Below, one piece after another: positions 15,814 through 24,972 of a stretch of DNA of 31,121 nt. The translations under genes and the position numbers were made by a program. The notes below the pieces were generated by a model. The model saw only the letters and a program-made list of their open reading frames with translations, was not told where the DNA came from and did not search any database. Positions within the stretch are counted from its first letter, which is position 1, and the number at the start of each line of letters is the position of its first letter. The DNA comes from a virus. Lineage: Duplodnaviria; Caudoviricetes. The DNA lies in IMG/VR virus record IMGVR_UViG_3300030376_001126, positions 1-31,121 of that record. The stretch is one strand, 5' to 3'.

Positions 15814-17081
15814 TGGAAACTGAATTAAAAGACATAGGGTATAACAAGAAATTTGTTGTAACCTTACCAGAACTACATGACGGTCAAAAGCAAGTTGCTC
15901 AATCTAATTCAAGGTTTAAGGTCTTATCAGCAGGTCGTAGGTGGGGTAAAACAAGACTTGGTGTTTGGTTATGTTTAGAAAAAGCATGGACTGGTGGTAG
16001 AGCTTGGTGGATTGCACCAACATACGCAATGGCATTAGAGGGTTGGAAAGATTTAAGAAATATTGGCATTGAATATGGAACGATTGTTAAAGAATCAGAA
16101 AAAACAATAATTACGCCAACAGGTGGCATGGTATCGATTCGATCTTCGGACAATCCAGATAGATTAAGAGGTGCAGGGCTTGACTTCGTTGTATTAGATG
16201 AGTGTGCATTTATGAAACCAAATGTATGGGCAGAGGTTATAAGACCAACATTAACTGAAAGACAGGGTGGTGCATTATTTATTTCAACCCCTAAAGGTTT
16301 TAATTGGTTTGAAGATATATACAATAAAGCAGATAGACTACCCGACTGGGAAAGGTGGCAGTTGCCAACACATACAAACCCATTTGTACCAGTTTCAGAG
16401 TTAGATATTGCAAAAGAAGAAATAGGTAGTTATTTATATTCACAAGAATACGAGGCAAAGTTTGTAGAGTTTTCTGGTGGGATATTTAAAGAAGATTGGA
16501 TTAAAACTGCTAAAAGAGATGTGGTAACAATCATGAATAACAATGGTTACTACGAAGAAAAAATCGAATGGACAATAGGCGAAGAAAAAGTATTAGATAG
16601 TGATTTATTAAAATATGCAACAGTCGATCTTGCAACATCTACAAAAGAAACTGCTGATTACACAGTTATTGCTTGTTTAGGTAAAACACCTAGTAATAAA
16701 TTAATTCTTTTAGATATGGTAAGGCAAAGACTTGAGGGGCCGGACATAATACCAAAGATAAAACAAAAGATACAAGAACACGATTTACAATATGTTGGTA
16801 TAGAAAGAGCAGGGTATCAGTTATCTATGATTCAGATTGCAAGAAGAGAGGGGCTGATTGTAAAAGAATTGAAACCAGATAAAGATAAAGTAAACAGAGC
16901 TTTACCTCTATCAGCTTTCATGGAAGGTGGATCAATGTTTTTCAATCAAGCAATTACCGACTATGATGATTTAAAAAGAGAATTATTGCAATTTCCAGAT
17001 GGTGAACATGATGATATGGTAGACGCACTTGCTTATGGTGTATTGGAAATTAAAAATAAAAATAGATATATAGCTTATTAG
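15813..17081 (+). CDS. terL: Terminase large subunit
   Basis: Walker A GRRWGKT, Walker B VVLDE, ISTPKG, nuclease DLA...DY and HDDMVDAL. TAATG start. Confidence 0.95.
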   Translation: METELKDIGYNKKFVVTLPELHDGQKQVAQSNSRFKVLSAGRRWGKTRLGVWLCLEKAWTGGRAWWIAPTYAMALEGWKDLRNIGIEYGTIVKESEKTIITPTGGMVSIRSSDNPDRLRGAGLDFVVLDECAFMKPNVWAEVIRPTLTERQGGALFISTPKGFNWFEDIYNKADRLPDWERWQLPTHTNPFVPVSELDIAKEEIGSYLYSQEYEAKFVEFSGGIFKEDWIKTAKRDVVTIMNNNGYYEEKIEWTIGEEKVLDSDLLKYATVDLATSTKETADYTVIACLGKTPSNKLILLDMVRQRLEGPDIIPKIKQKIQEHDLQYVGIERAGYQLSMIQIARREGLIVKELKPDKDKVNRALPLSAFMEGGSMFFNQAITDYDDLKRELLQFPDGEHDDMVDALAYGVLEIKNKNRYIAY

Positions 17082-17118
17082 CTTGTAAATATTTATGTAT
17101 TATGGTAGTGAGTAGATT

Positions 17119-17169
17119 TGGCTCAACGCAAGATAGTTTTTAGGTGCGTTTCTATCTTGCCGAGGGCCA
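17119..17169 (+). promoter_or_regulatory. Structured 5' leader of the head operon
   Basis: Stem gcaagatag (17128-17136)/ctatcttgc (17152-17160), outer stem tggctc/gggcca, competing pairing aacgca/tgcgtt. GAAAGG RBS at 17174. Confidence 0.5.
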
Positions 17170-17186
17170 TTATGAAAGGTTAAATT

Positions 17187-18884
17187 TTGGCAGAACGAAG
17201 ATCAATTAGAGAAGTTTTATTTGGCAATACAACTTATACAAATGAGAATCAAAAAAGATATGGAATAAACTTCTTCAGAGAAGACCCAGTTACGCCTAGC
17301 AGTTATGTTCTTGGTTACAATACATTTGCAGGCAACACAGATTTAAGAGATTTAGGAAATGGACAATCAAACAGTGCGGTAACTGCTTGTCTTCAAGTAT
17401 TAGGTACATCTTTTTCAGAAGCAAACTTAATTGTAAAATCGTATCAAGAAGACGGCGAAGAGGCCATTATTCATAACCACCCATTGTCAATTTTAATGGA
17501 TAGACCAAACCCTTATATGAGCGGTGAGGTATTACAGGCATATATAATTAATGCTTTACATGTATTCGGCGACGCATATTTATTAAAAGAAAAAAACAAT
17601 GTTGGTCAAGTTGTTGCATTATATCCGCTTATTCCAGATCGAGTAACACCAAAAGGAACTGATACGCAGTTAATTACACAATATATTTATGAAATGGAAA
17701 ATACCAATGAAGTATTAAATCCAGATGAGGTAATACACTTTAGATTAGGTTTAGACCCTACAAACCACAAGAAAGGTTATTCGCCATTAAAAACTGTTCT
17801 TCGTGAAATATTTGGCGATGAGTCAGCAGGTCAATTATCAAGTGCTTTGTTAAGTAACTCTGGTGTGCCAAGTGTAATTATTAGCCCTAGAGAAGATTTT
17901 GGAATTTCTGCTGAAGAGTCGGATCAGATAAGTAGAACATATCAACAAAAGGTTGGTGGTGCAAAAAGAGGACAACCTCTAGTTCTAAGTGGCTCAATGC
18001 AAGTAGAAAAAATGTCATTTAGCCCTAGTGAATTAGATATAGGAACATTAAGAAGAATACCAGAAGAAAGGGTATCAGCAGTTCTTGGTGTACCTGCAAT
18101 CTTGGCTGGTCTTGGTGCAGGGTTAGAAAGAGCAACATATTCTAATGCACAACAATTAAGAGAATTTTTTACAGAGAATAAATTAATACCATTGTGGCGT
18201 ATGGTAAGTACAGAATTGACATATCAGTTACTACAAAAAGATTATGAGAGTAATGCAATTCTAAAAGCTGAATATGATTTTTCAAATGTTCGATCATTAC
18301 AAGCCGATGAAGAAAACTTATATAAAAGATTAAATGTCGGTGTTAAAGGTGGTTGGATTTCTGTTGCAGAAGCAAGACAACAGGTAGGTTTACCAACAAC
18401 AGATGAACAAGATATTTATTATGTACCTGCAAATGTTGTACCAACAGAGGCAAATGTTTTAAATGAAGTAGAGCCAAAAATAGAAGAAGAACAACTTGAG
18501 ACACAGGAAGATGTAGATGATGAGTTTGAAGAATCAGCATACATTATTGATGAAACCAAAATAATAAAACAAGAAGACGGTGAGTTTTGTGTCTATAACG
18601 AACAGGGTACAAGAAGTTTTGGTTGTTACCCTACAAGAAAATTAGCAGAGGCACGATTGGCTCAAATACACATGTTCGGTGAATCACAATACGAAGAGAT
18701 AGATGTAAAAGAAGAAGTTGGCATGGATAAATTTACAACAATAGAAGAGGCACAAGAAAGAGCCGAAGAACTAGGTTGTAATGGAACACATACCCATGAT
18801 GAAGACGGTAACCTTATTTATATGCCATGTTCTACACATGCAGAATACGAAAGAAGATTAGCAGAACAAAATGGCGACTCTTAG
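17187..18884 (+). CDS. HK97-family portal protein with C-terminal Cys/His-containing extension domains
   Basis: TTG start. HPL..L..RPNP.MS, GDAYL, L.PDRV, GYSPL, GVP, YSN, EAR...GL portal motifs, then about 130 aa of extra sequence. Confidence 0.93.
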   Translation: MAERRSIREVLFGNTTYTNENQKRYGINFFREDPVTPSSYVLGYNTFAGNTDLRDLGNGQSNSAVTACLQVLGTSFSEANLIVKSYQEDGEEAIIHNHPLSILMDRPNPYMSGEVLQAYIINALHVFGDAYLLKEKNNVGQVVALYPLIPDRVTPKGTDTQLITQYIYEMENTNEVLNPDEVIHFRLGLDPTNHKKGYSPLKTVLREIFGDESAGQLSSALLSNSGVPSVIISPREDFGISAEESDQISRTYQQKVGGAKRGQPLVLSGSMQVEKMSFSPSELDIGTLRRIPEERVSAVLGVPAILAGLGAGLERATYSNAQQLREFFTENKLIPLWRMVSTELTYQLLQKDYESNAILKAEYDFSNVRSLQADEENLYKRLNVGVKGGWISVAEARQQVGLPTTDEQDIYYVPANVVPTEANVLNEVEPKIEEEQLETQEDVDDEFEESAYIIDETKIIKQEDGEFCVYNEQGTRSFGCYPTRKLAEARLAQIHMFGESQYEEIDVKEEVGMDKFTTIEEAQERAEELGCNGTHTHDEDGNLIYMPCSTHAEYERRLAEQNGDS

Positions 18885-20727
18885 TCAAATATCAGTAGGC
18901 GATACTGTAAGTTGGTCTATTGATAAAACACCCGACCCACCAAGTACTGTTCATGGTGTTATTACCTCAATTAATTCAGAAAAAGAAACTGCAAATATGC
19001 GTGTGTGGGCAATCATGGAAGACGGAACGCATGAAATAACTGATAGGACAGTTACACAACCAGTTTCTAAATTAAGAATAATAAAAGATTTTAGAGAAGA
19101 AAAGCAAACTGTATCTGCAAGAGTTGAACAAGTCTTGCGTGATAAGGTTGAGGCTCATAATGAAAAAGACCCTACATATAGGGCAACACTTAGAATGCTT
19201 GAGGCAGTATTTAGAAGAGGTATTGGTGCATATAGAACTAATCCTAGTTCAGTTAGAGGCAATGTAAGAAGTGCAGACCAATGGGCATACGCAAGAGTTA
19301 ATGCATTTTTAACTGGTTTAAGAACTGGTAAATTTCCAAGAAAGCCATTTGATCAAGATTTACTACCTAGAAACCACCCATTAAGTAGCAAGAAAGAATA
19401 TAAAGGGCCTTATGATGATTTAGATTTTACAATTCCACAGGGTGCAAAAGATGAGGCAAGAAAAGCATTAGAGTGGGTTTCTGAATTTAACAGAGGTGGT
19501 ACATCTGTTGGTAGAGGTACTGCAAGATATTTAATTAATAATTCAAAGGCAAGTCCAGATAAGGTAAGACAAATTGCAAGATATTTTCCAAGACATGAGG
19601 TAGATAAAAGAGCTGAGGGTTATAGACCCGGTGAAGACGGTTACCCAAGTAATGGTCGTATTGCATGGGCTTTATGGGGTGGTAATGCAGGTCAATCATG
19701 GTCTAATAAATTGGTTAGAGGTATGAATGCAAGAGATGATAAGGCAAATTCTGCTTATGAGTTAATAATTAGAAAATCAAGATTAAAGCAAATAGATAAA
19801 GAAGAAAGATTAAAAAGATTTGAAGATAAAGAAATAAAAGATATTATCTGGAAGAATTATGATCGATTGCTTAATAATTGGGATATTACCTTAGGTGTAG
19901 AATATTTTAAATTGTTAAAAGACCAAGATAGGTACATAAATGAATTTATAAAGACTAACAGTTTATTGGTTACCGGTAATTTGGCAATTTTAAATAATCT
20001 TATAGACAACCAAACAAAAAGGTGGGCGGCAGACCTATATGATTTATATATTTCCATGACAACAGATTTTGGTTTCAACCAAATAGAAATATTGTTACCA
20101 GAAGAATTTAAGTTTACAGAGGCAGAACTAGAACAAATCGAAAGACAAAGAAGAAGAAAACCAAGAGCAGAGGTAGTTGCAGAAGGCTTTTATCCATTGA
20201 GAGGTAGAAGAGGTGTGCAAATACCTCTACAAGAATTTAGAAGAAACAGACAAGCAATTGATTTTGTTGATAATAGATTAAACCAAGTATTGCCAGGTCT
20301 TGCAGAGACAACAAAGACAAGATTAAATAGAGACCTTAGAAGATCATTAACTGAGGCAACTAATTTAGGTCTTAGAGGTAAAGATTTAGAAGATTATATT
20401 GCAAATGGTATATCTGATTCATTAGGTAAAAAAAGATTAGGAAGAGCTAGTACAATAGCAAGAACAGAGGGTCTTGCATTATCACAATTTGGTCAAGATT
20501 TAGCAGTAAGTCAAACTGGTCTTACCTTAGAAAAAGAGTGGGTTGCACAAAGAGATGGTGTTGTAAGAGATTCACATAGGTTGGCAGACGGACAAAGAGT
20601 TCAAAAAAATGGATTTTTTAATGTAGGTGGCTATAATATGAAGTATCCGGCAGATAGTTCTGGTGGTGCGCCCGGCAAAGAAATAATTAATTGTCGGTGC
20701 AGTTTAATCTATCATGAGGTGTTATGA
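18871..20727 (+). CDS. Multi-domain head morphogenesis protein (C-terminal Mu gpF/SPP1 gp7 domain)
   Basis: RASTIARTE, KEW....D..VRDSH, YPAD, IINCRC. N-terminal VGDTVSW, WAYARVN and IAWALWGG modules. Confidence 0.85.
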   Translation: MATLSQISVGDTVSWSIDKTPDPPSTVHGVITSINSEKETANMRVWAIMEDGTHEITDRTVTQPVSKLRIIKDFREEKQTVSARVEQVLRDKVEAHNEKDPTYRATLRMLEAVFRRGIGAYRTNPSSVRGNVRSADQWAYARVNAFLTGLRTGKFPRKPFDQDLLPRNHPLSSKKEYKGPYDDLDFTIPQGAKDEARKALEWVSEFNRGGTSVGRGTARYLINNSKASPDKVRQIARYFPRHEVDKRAEGYRPGEDGYPSNGRIAWALWGGNAGQSWSNKLVRGMNARDDKANSAYELIIRKSRLKQIDKEERLKRFEDKEIKDIIWKNYDRLLNNWDITLGVEYFKLLKDQDRYINEFIKTNSLLVTGNLAILNNLIDNQTKRWAADLYDLYISMTTDFGFNQIEILLPEEFKFTEAELEQIERQRRRKPRAEVVAEGFYPLRGRRGVQIPLQEFRRNRQAIDFVDNRLNQVLPGLAETTKTRLNRDLRRSLTEATNLGLRGKDLEDYIANGISDSLGKKRLGRASTIARTEGLALSQFGQDLAVSQTGLTLEKEWVAQRDGVVRDSHRLADGQRVQKNGFFNVGGYNMKYPADSSGGAPGKEIINCRCSLIYHEVL

Positions 20728-21524
20728 GTAAAAGTAAAGAATTTAAAAATATTAACCCGATACTTGACTTTGATGTAGAGGGAAAAGTAGAAGCAGTTTT
20801 TTCTGTATTTAATACAGTTGATTCCGACGGCGATGTTGTCTTACCAGATTCAATCAAGAGTGGATTTGGCGATAAAGGTGTTGCAATGGTTTGGGGTCAT
20901 GACTGGAAAGATGTTATTGGTAGAGGTGAAATAGTGACCGATAACGATAAAGCAGTATTTAAAGGTGAATTTATCATGGACACCGAAAGAGGCCGAGAGG
21001 CATACAATACTGTAAAAGCAATGGGTGATTTACAACAATGGTCTTTTGGCTATGAAGTAGTAGATTCAGAAAAAGGTGCATTTCAAAAAGACGGATTTGA
21101 AACACAAGATGTTAGATATTTAAAAGAATTAAGAGTATGGGAAGTTTCACCAGTTCTTGTAGGTGCTAATCAAGATACATACACATTAGCAGTAAAAGAA
21201 GATCAAGAGACTGAAAAAGAAACCAAAGATACTGGAAAAAGATTTACTGAAGAAGTAGAAGAGGCCCTAAGTGCCTTAGTTTCAGTAACACAAAGGGCAA
21301 AGGAGCTAACTGCCTTACGCCTACAAAAAGAAAAAAAGCTATCAGAACAAGCCTATAAGGCACTTTCTTCATTAGCAGATGAAATACAGGACATCTATAA
21401 CGATATAGATACAATGTTAGAAACTGCGAACCCTCAACAAAATATGGAAGAGGACAATGAAGTAGAGGTTACTGATACTATCGCAGAGACAATACGATTA
21501 TTGACTGAAACAGTCGATATATAA
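20724..21524 (+). CDS. HK97-type prohead protease
   Basis: SVFNTVDSDGD, WGHD, WSFGY, WEVSPV..GAN. Confidence 0.92.
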   Translation: MSKSKEFKNINPILDFDVEGKVEAVFSVFNTVDSDGDVVLPDSIKSGFGDKGVAMVWGHDWKDVIGRGEIVTDNDKAVFKGEFIMDTERGREAYNTVKAMGDLQQWSFGYEVVDSEKGAFQKDGFETQDVRYLKELRVWEVSPVLVGANQDTYTLAVKEDQETEKETKDTGKRFTEEVEEALSALVSVTQRAKELTALRLQKEKKLSEQAYKALSSLADEIQDIYNDIDTMLETANPQQNMEEDNEVEVTDTIAETIRLLTETVDI

Positions 21525-21537
21525 GAAAGAAGTAGAT

Positions 21538-22785
21538 ATGTCAGAAATTAAAAACATGGAACAAGAACTTCTTGAACTTAGAGAAAATACATTAAAAGAG
21601 TTTACTGATGTTGATCCAAAGAATATGGACGCACAAAAGCTCGAAGAATGGACCAATCGTAATGAAAGAATGTCTGAACTAGTTGAAGACATCAAAGTTG
21701 CCAAAAAATTCCAAAGTGAAAAAGAGGCAATGGAAAAAGGCGTTGAAGAAAGCCAAAAGGTAGAATCAAAAGGCATTCATACAGAAGCCCCAGAAGCTCC
21801 TAAAGGTTTAGGCGATTCTTTACTAGAATCAAAAGCTTACAACGCGTTCATGGACGAGGGACAAAAAGGTATTTCCTCAGAGTTGAAGTTTGATCCAAGA
21901 TATGAGTTTAAAACAACTCTTACAGAAACTGGATATCCACCTGCAGTAACACGATCAGATTTGATTGTGCCTTCTGCACAAAGAGATCCACAAAATGTTC
22001 TTGACTTAATTGATACAATCACAACTGATTCTTACCAATACAAGTACTTAGAAGAAACCACATTTACAAATAATGCAGCAGCAACTGCTGAAGGTTCTGC
22101 TCTTGGTGAGAGTGCATTAGCATTCACAGAGAGAACAGAAGACATTAAGAAAATTGGTGGATTCTTACCTGTAACAGAAGAATTGCTTGCAGATGTAGCA
22201 ACAGTACAAGGGTATATAGATTCAAGACTAAGAACAATGGTTAATCTTGCATTAACAGACCAGATTATGGCTGGCTCTGGATCAGGTGCAAACCTAACTG
22301 GTATTCTTAATAAATCTGGAATCAACACATTTGACTTCTCTAGTTTCTCTGGAAACTTAAAGAGAATCGGACAAATTTATGAAGCTATCACAGAAATACA
22401 AAAAGATAGTTTCTTACAACCGGACGCAATCATTATGCACCCAAGTGATTGGTACCAAGTTGTAACAGAAGTTAATGCAGTAACAACAAGTGGTTCATTG
22501 AATCCATTATTTGTTGGTGCAGGTCAATTCGGTAATGGCGTAGTTCAATCATTATGGGGACTACCAGTTATTGCTGACACAACAAGACCAGCAGGTACTG
22601 CTGTTGTTGGTGTATTCGGCGGAGGACAAGCTATACACTTAGTCGCAAGACAAGGTATGGAAGTTGCAATGTCAGATTCACACGACGCAAACTTTACAAA
22701 AGATATTATGGTTATGAAAGCCAAAGTAAGAGTAGGTCTTCCGATCTATCGTGCAACAGCTTTCTGTTCCATTACAAATATCTAA
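21538..22785 (+). CDS. Major capsid protein (HK97 fold, N-terminal delta domain)
   Basis: N-terminal coiled coil, AEG...ES.L.F, TEELLAD, G.G....L.GIL, MHP.DW, LWGLPV, F.KD. Confidence 0.95.
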   Translation: MSEIKNMEQELLELRENTLKEFTDVDPKNMDAQKLEEWTNRNERMSELVEDIKVAKKFQSEKEAMEKGVEESQKVESKGIHTEAPEAPKGLGDSLLESKAYNAFMDEGQKGISSELKFDPRYEFKTTLTETGYPPAVTRSDLIVPSAQRDPQNVLDLIDTITTDSYQYKYLEETTFTNNAAATAEGSALGESALAFTERTEDIKKIGGFLPVTEELLADVATVQGYIDSRLRTMVNLALTDQIMAGSGSGANLTGILNKSGINTFDFSSFSGNLKRIGQIYEAITEIQKDSFLQPDAIIMHPSDWYQVVTEVNAVTTSGSLNPLFVGAGQFGNGVVQSLWGLPVIADTTRPAGTAVVGVFGGGQAIHLVARQGMEVAMSDSHDANFTKDIMVMKAKVRVGLPIYRATAFCSITNI

Positions 22786-22797
22786 TAAATATGGTTT

Positions 22798-22829
22798 TAT
22801 CGCACTCGTCTTTCGAGTCGGGTGCGGTA
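22798..22829 (+). other. GC-rich RNA hairpin capped by UUCG after the capsid gene
   Basis: tatcgcactcg-t-ct-TTCG-ag-t-cgggtgcggta, with G-U pairs and no U tail. Confidence 0.6.
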
Positions 22830-22847
22830 GATCAAAGAAAGGCAAAA

Positions 22848-23036
22848 ATGAAATTAGCAAAAGATGTTTACATAAATGATGAAGGCATTGTAAAAGAATC
22901 TGCCAAAGGTCTTCCTACTGGTTGGGCAAAAGGTAAATTACTTGGTCGTAAAGGACAAGAAATATCCGATGCACAAGCTAAAGAGTGGGGAATTGGTAAA
23001 AAGGCTAAAGCACCTGCTGAGAATAAATCTAAGTAG
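22848..23036 (+). CDS. Small basic head-associated hypothetical protein
   Basis: AGAAAGG RBS before MKLAKDVY. The track's 22791 start runs through the hairpin. Confidence 0.7.
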   Translation: MKLAKDVYINDEGIVKESAKGLPTGWAKGKLLGRKGQEISDAQAKEWGIGKKAKAPAENKSK

Positions 23037-23043
23037 GTAATAA

Positions 23044-23688
23044 ATGGCTCACGACCAATATGTAGATAAAGACGATTTAAAAACCTACATCGGCATTAGT
23101 GGTAGTGGGCAAGACACAAATATCGATAATGCCATAAACGCAGCTTGTAGGCAGATAGATAAAGTTTGTGGCAGATATTTTTTTCAAGACGCAACTGCAA
23201 ATGCAAAAACCTTTACCCCTATATCTAATATATATTTAGAAGTTCCAGATATTTCAACAACAACTGGATTGATTGTAAAGGTTGATGAAAATGATGACGG
23301 CACACATGAAAGAACACTTACATTAAATACAGATTTTATACTAAAACCAACCAACCCTAAATTAATAGCAGACGCAGGTGGTACTAGTTATTATGAGCCA
23401 TACGGCGAGATAAGAATATTAAATACAAGAAGTTCTGAAAGATTTGATCCAAGTATTATTAACAATGTTCAAATTACTGCAAAATTTGGTTTTTCAAGAG
23501 TTCCAGACGCAATAAAACAAGCTGCATTAATTCAATCATTAAGATTATTCAAAAGAAAGGATACGCCATTTAATGTATTTGGTAATGATGAAACAGGTAC
23601 TATTGAATTATTTAATAAAATGGACCCGGACGCAAAAGAATTATTAAAAGGTTATCGTAGGCAAAATTTGGTCGGAAATATTCTTTAA
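23044..23688 (+). CDS. Head-tail adaptor (gp6/SPP1 gp15-like)
   Basis: YV..DDLK.YIGI, AACRQID..CGR.F, VPDAIKQAA. Confidence 0.85.
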   Translation: MAHDQYVDKDDLKTYIGISGSGQDTNIDNAINAACRQIDKVCGRYFFQDATANAKTFTPISNIYLEVPDISTTTGLIVKVDENDDGTHERTLTLNTDFILKPTNPKLIADAGGTSYYEPYGEIRILNTRSSERFDPSIINNVQITAKFGFSRVPDAIKQAALIQSLRLFKRKDTPFNVFGNDETGTIELFNKMDPDAKELLKGYRRQNLVGNIL

Positions 23689-24218
23689 TGGCCGATACCA
23701 AGTTTGAAATAAAAGGGGTAGAAAAATTAAAAGATCGACTTGATTTAGCCAATATGTCTGCAAAACCTATAAGAAACCTAATGAGACAACAAGGGCAGAT
23801 AATTAGAAAACAAGCACAAAAAGAAACACCAAAATTTAGTGGTAGTTTGTCTAGGTCTATTCATGTACAAAGAATCCAAACAAGAGGTAGATTACCTCAA
23901 TCAGTAAAAATTTATTCTTCAAGAAGTTATGCAAAGTATGTTCATGGTGATGAGAAGATAAGTGGTAAATTAAAACTTACAAAACCATATACAAGATCAA
24001 AGCCTCACTACCCACCTATTAAAAAATTAAAACCATGGGCGCAAGCAAAAGGTTTAAACCCATACGCAGTACAGAGATCGATAGGCAAAAAAGGAACACC
24101 TCTTGTGCCGTTCTTTCTTATTGCAGAAAAAAAGACTAGGATTAAAAGAAATGCAGTTACAAGAAATACTGCAAAAGAAATAGAAAGAGAATTTAAAAAA
24201 GGTAGGATAAGTGGCTAG
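23688..24218 (+). CDS. HK97 gp10-like neck/tail completion protein
   Basis: IKG.EKL, P..SG.L.RSI, YAKYV.G, PFF. Confidence 0.75.
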   Translation: MADTKFEIKGVEKLKDRLDLANMSAKPIRNLMRQQGQIIRKQAQKETPKFSGSLSRSIHVQRIQTRGRLPQSVKIYSSRSYAKYVHGDEKISGKLKLTKPYTRSKPHYPPIKKLKPWAQAKGLNPYAVQRSIGKKGTPLVPFFLIAEKKTRIKRNAVTRNTAKEIEREFKKGRISG

Positions 24219-24618
24219 TTTAACTTCAATAAGAAATGGTATAGGAACTAACTTAGGTAATATATCTTCATTAATGGTATCTAATTTTGTACCAGATTTT
24301 GTAGAGCCACCAATAGCAGTTGTTGGTGTTGTTGAAACAATTGAATATGATACTACAATACAAAGAGGTGCAGATAAATATGAAATACCAGTATTTGTTT
24401 ATGTATCAAGAGTAGACGCACAAGATAGTCAAGAAACATTAGACGGATATTTAGCAAGTACAGGGTCAAGTTCTGTAAAGGCACAAATAGAATCTGATGT
24501 AACTTTAGGTGGTGCGGCCAATTCTTGTAGAGTAATTGAAGCAAAAGAGGTTGGCGTGTATACTGTCAATAGCATAGATTATTTAGGTGCTGAATTTTTA
24601 GTAGAGGTAATTGCATAA
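24211..24618 (+). CDS. Tail terminator protein
   Basis: GTG start. Position and D.TLGG motif. Confidence 0.7.
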   Translation: MASLTSIRNGIGTNLGNISSLMVSNFVPDFVEPPIAVVGVVETIEYDTTIQRGADKYEIPVFVYVSRVDAQDSQETLDGYLASTGSSSVKAQIESDVTLGGAANSCRVIEAKEVGVYTVNSIDYLGAEFLVEVIA

Positions 24619-24857
24619 TGTTTGAAGTAAAAATAGGATTCGATCATAAAGATAAGAGGTACGAAATAGGCGACCTCATACAAAAGGACGGCTTTTCTAA
24701 TAAGACTTGGAAAGAATTAAAAGACATGGGTGTTATTGCAAAAGCAGACCTTAATGAAAATTTAAAAAGAGCTAGAAATGACAAAGGACATTATATAGCA
24801 GATGATCCAAACACACCAGAAAACGAAGCTTGGTTTGAAGAAAAGGAAGAAGAATAA
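24618..24857 (+). CDS. Small hypothetical virion-cluster protein
   Basis: RARNDKGHYIADDPNTPENEAW motif, common in marine phages. Confidence 0.7.
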   Translation: MFEVKIGFDHKDKRYEIGDLIQKDGFSNKTWKELKDMGVIAKADLNENLKRARNDKGHYIADDPNTPENEAWFEEKEEE

Positions 24858-24934
24858 TGGGTTATGGAAGAAGTTACGGCTCTGGTAGTGGTACTAGAAG
24901 ACGCAGAAGAAGAAGAGGCGGAGGTAAAAAGTAA
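24857..24934 (+). CDS. 25-aa poly-Arg/Gly (protamine-like) peptide (not in ORF track)
   Basis: MGYGRSYGSGSGTRRRRRRRGGGKK*, TAATG-coupled at both ends, AAGGA upstream. Confidence 0.65.
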   Translation: MGYGRSYGSGSGTRRRRRRRGGGKK

Positions 24935-24972
24935 TGGATTGTTGTGGTCAAGGTTGTTGCGGAGGTAAATAA
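24934..24972 (+). CDS. 12-aa Cys-rich peptide (not in ORF track)
   Basis: MDCCGQGCCGGK*, GGAGGT RBS, TAATG-coupled at both ends. Confidence 0.55.
   Translation: MDCCGQGCCGGK

Noticed and set aside
22791-22847. N-terminal extension of the ORF after the capsid gene (track start 22791)
   Set aside because: It runs through the RNA hairpin and lacks an RBS. The AGAAAGG-preceded ATG at 22848 is better.
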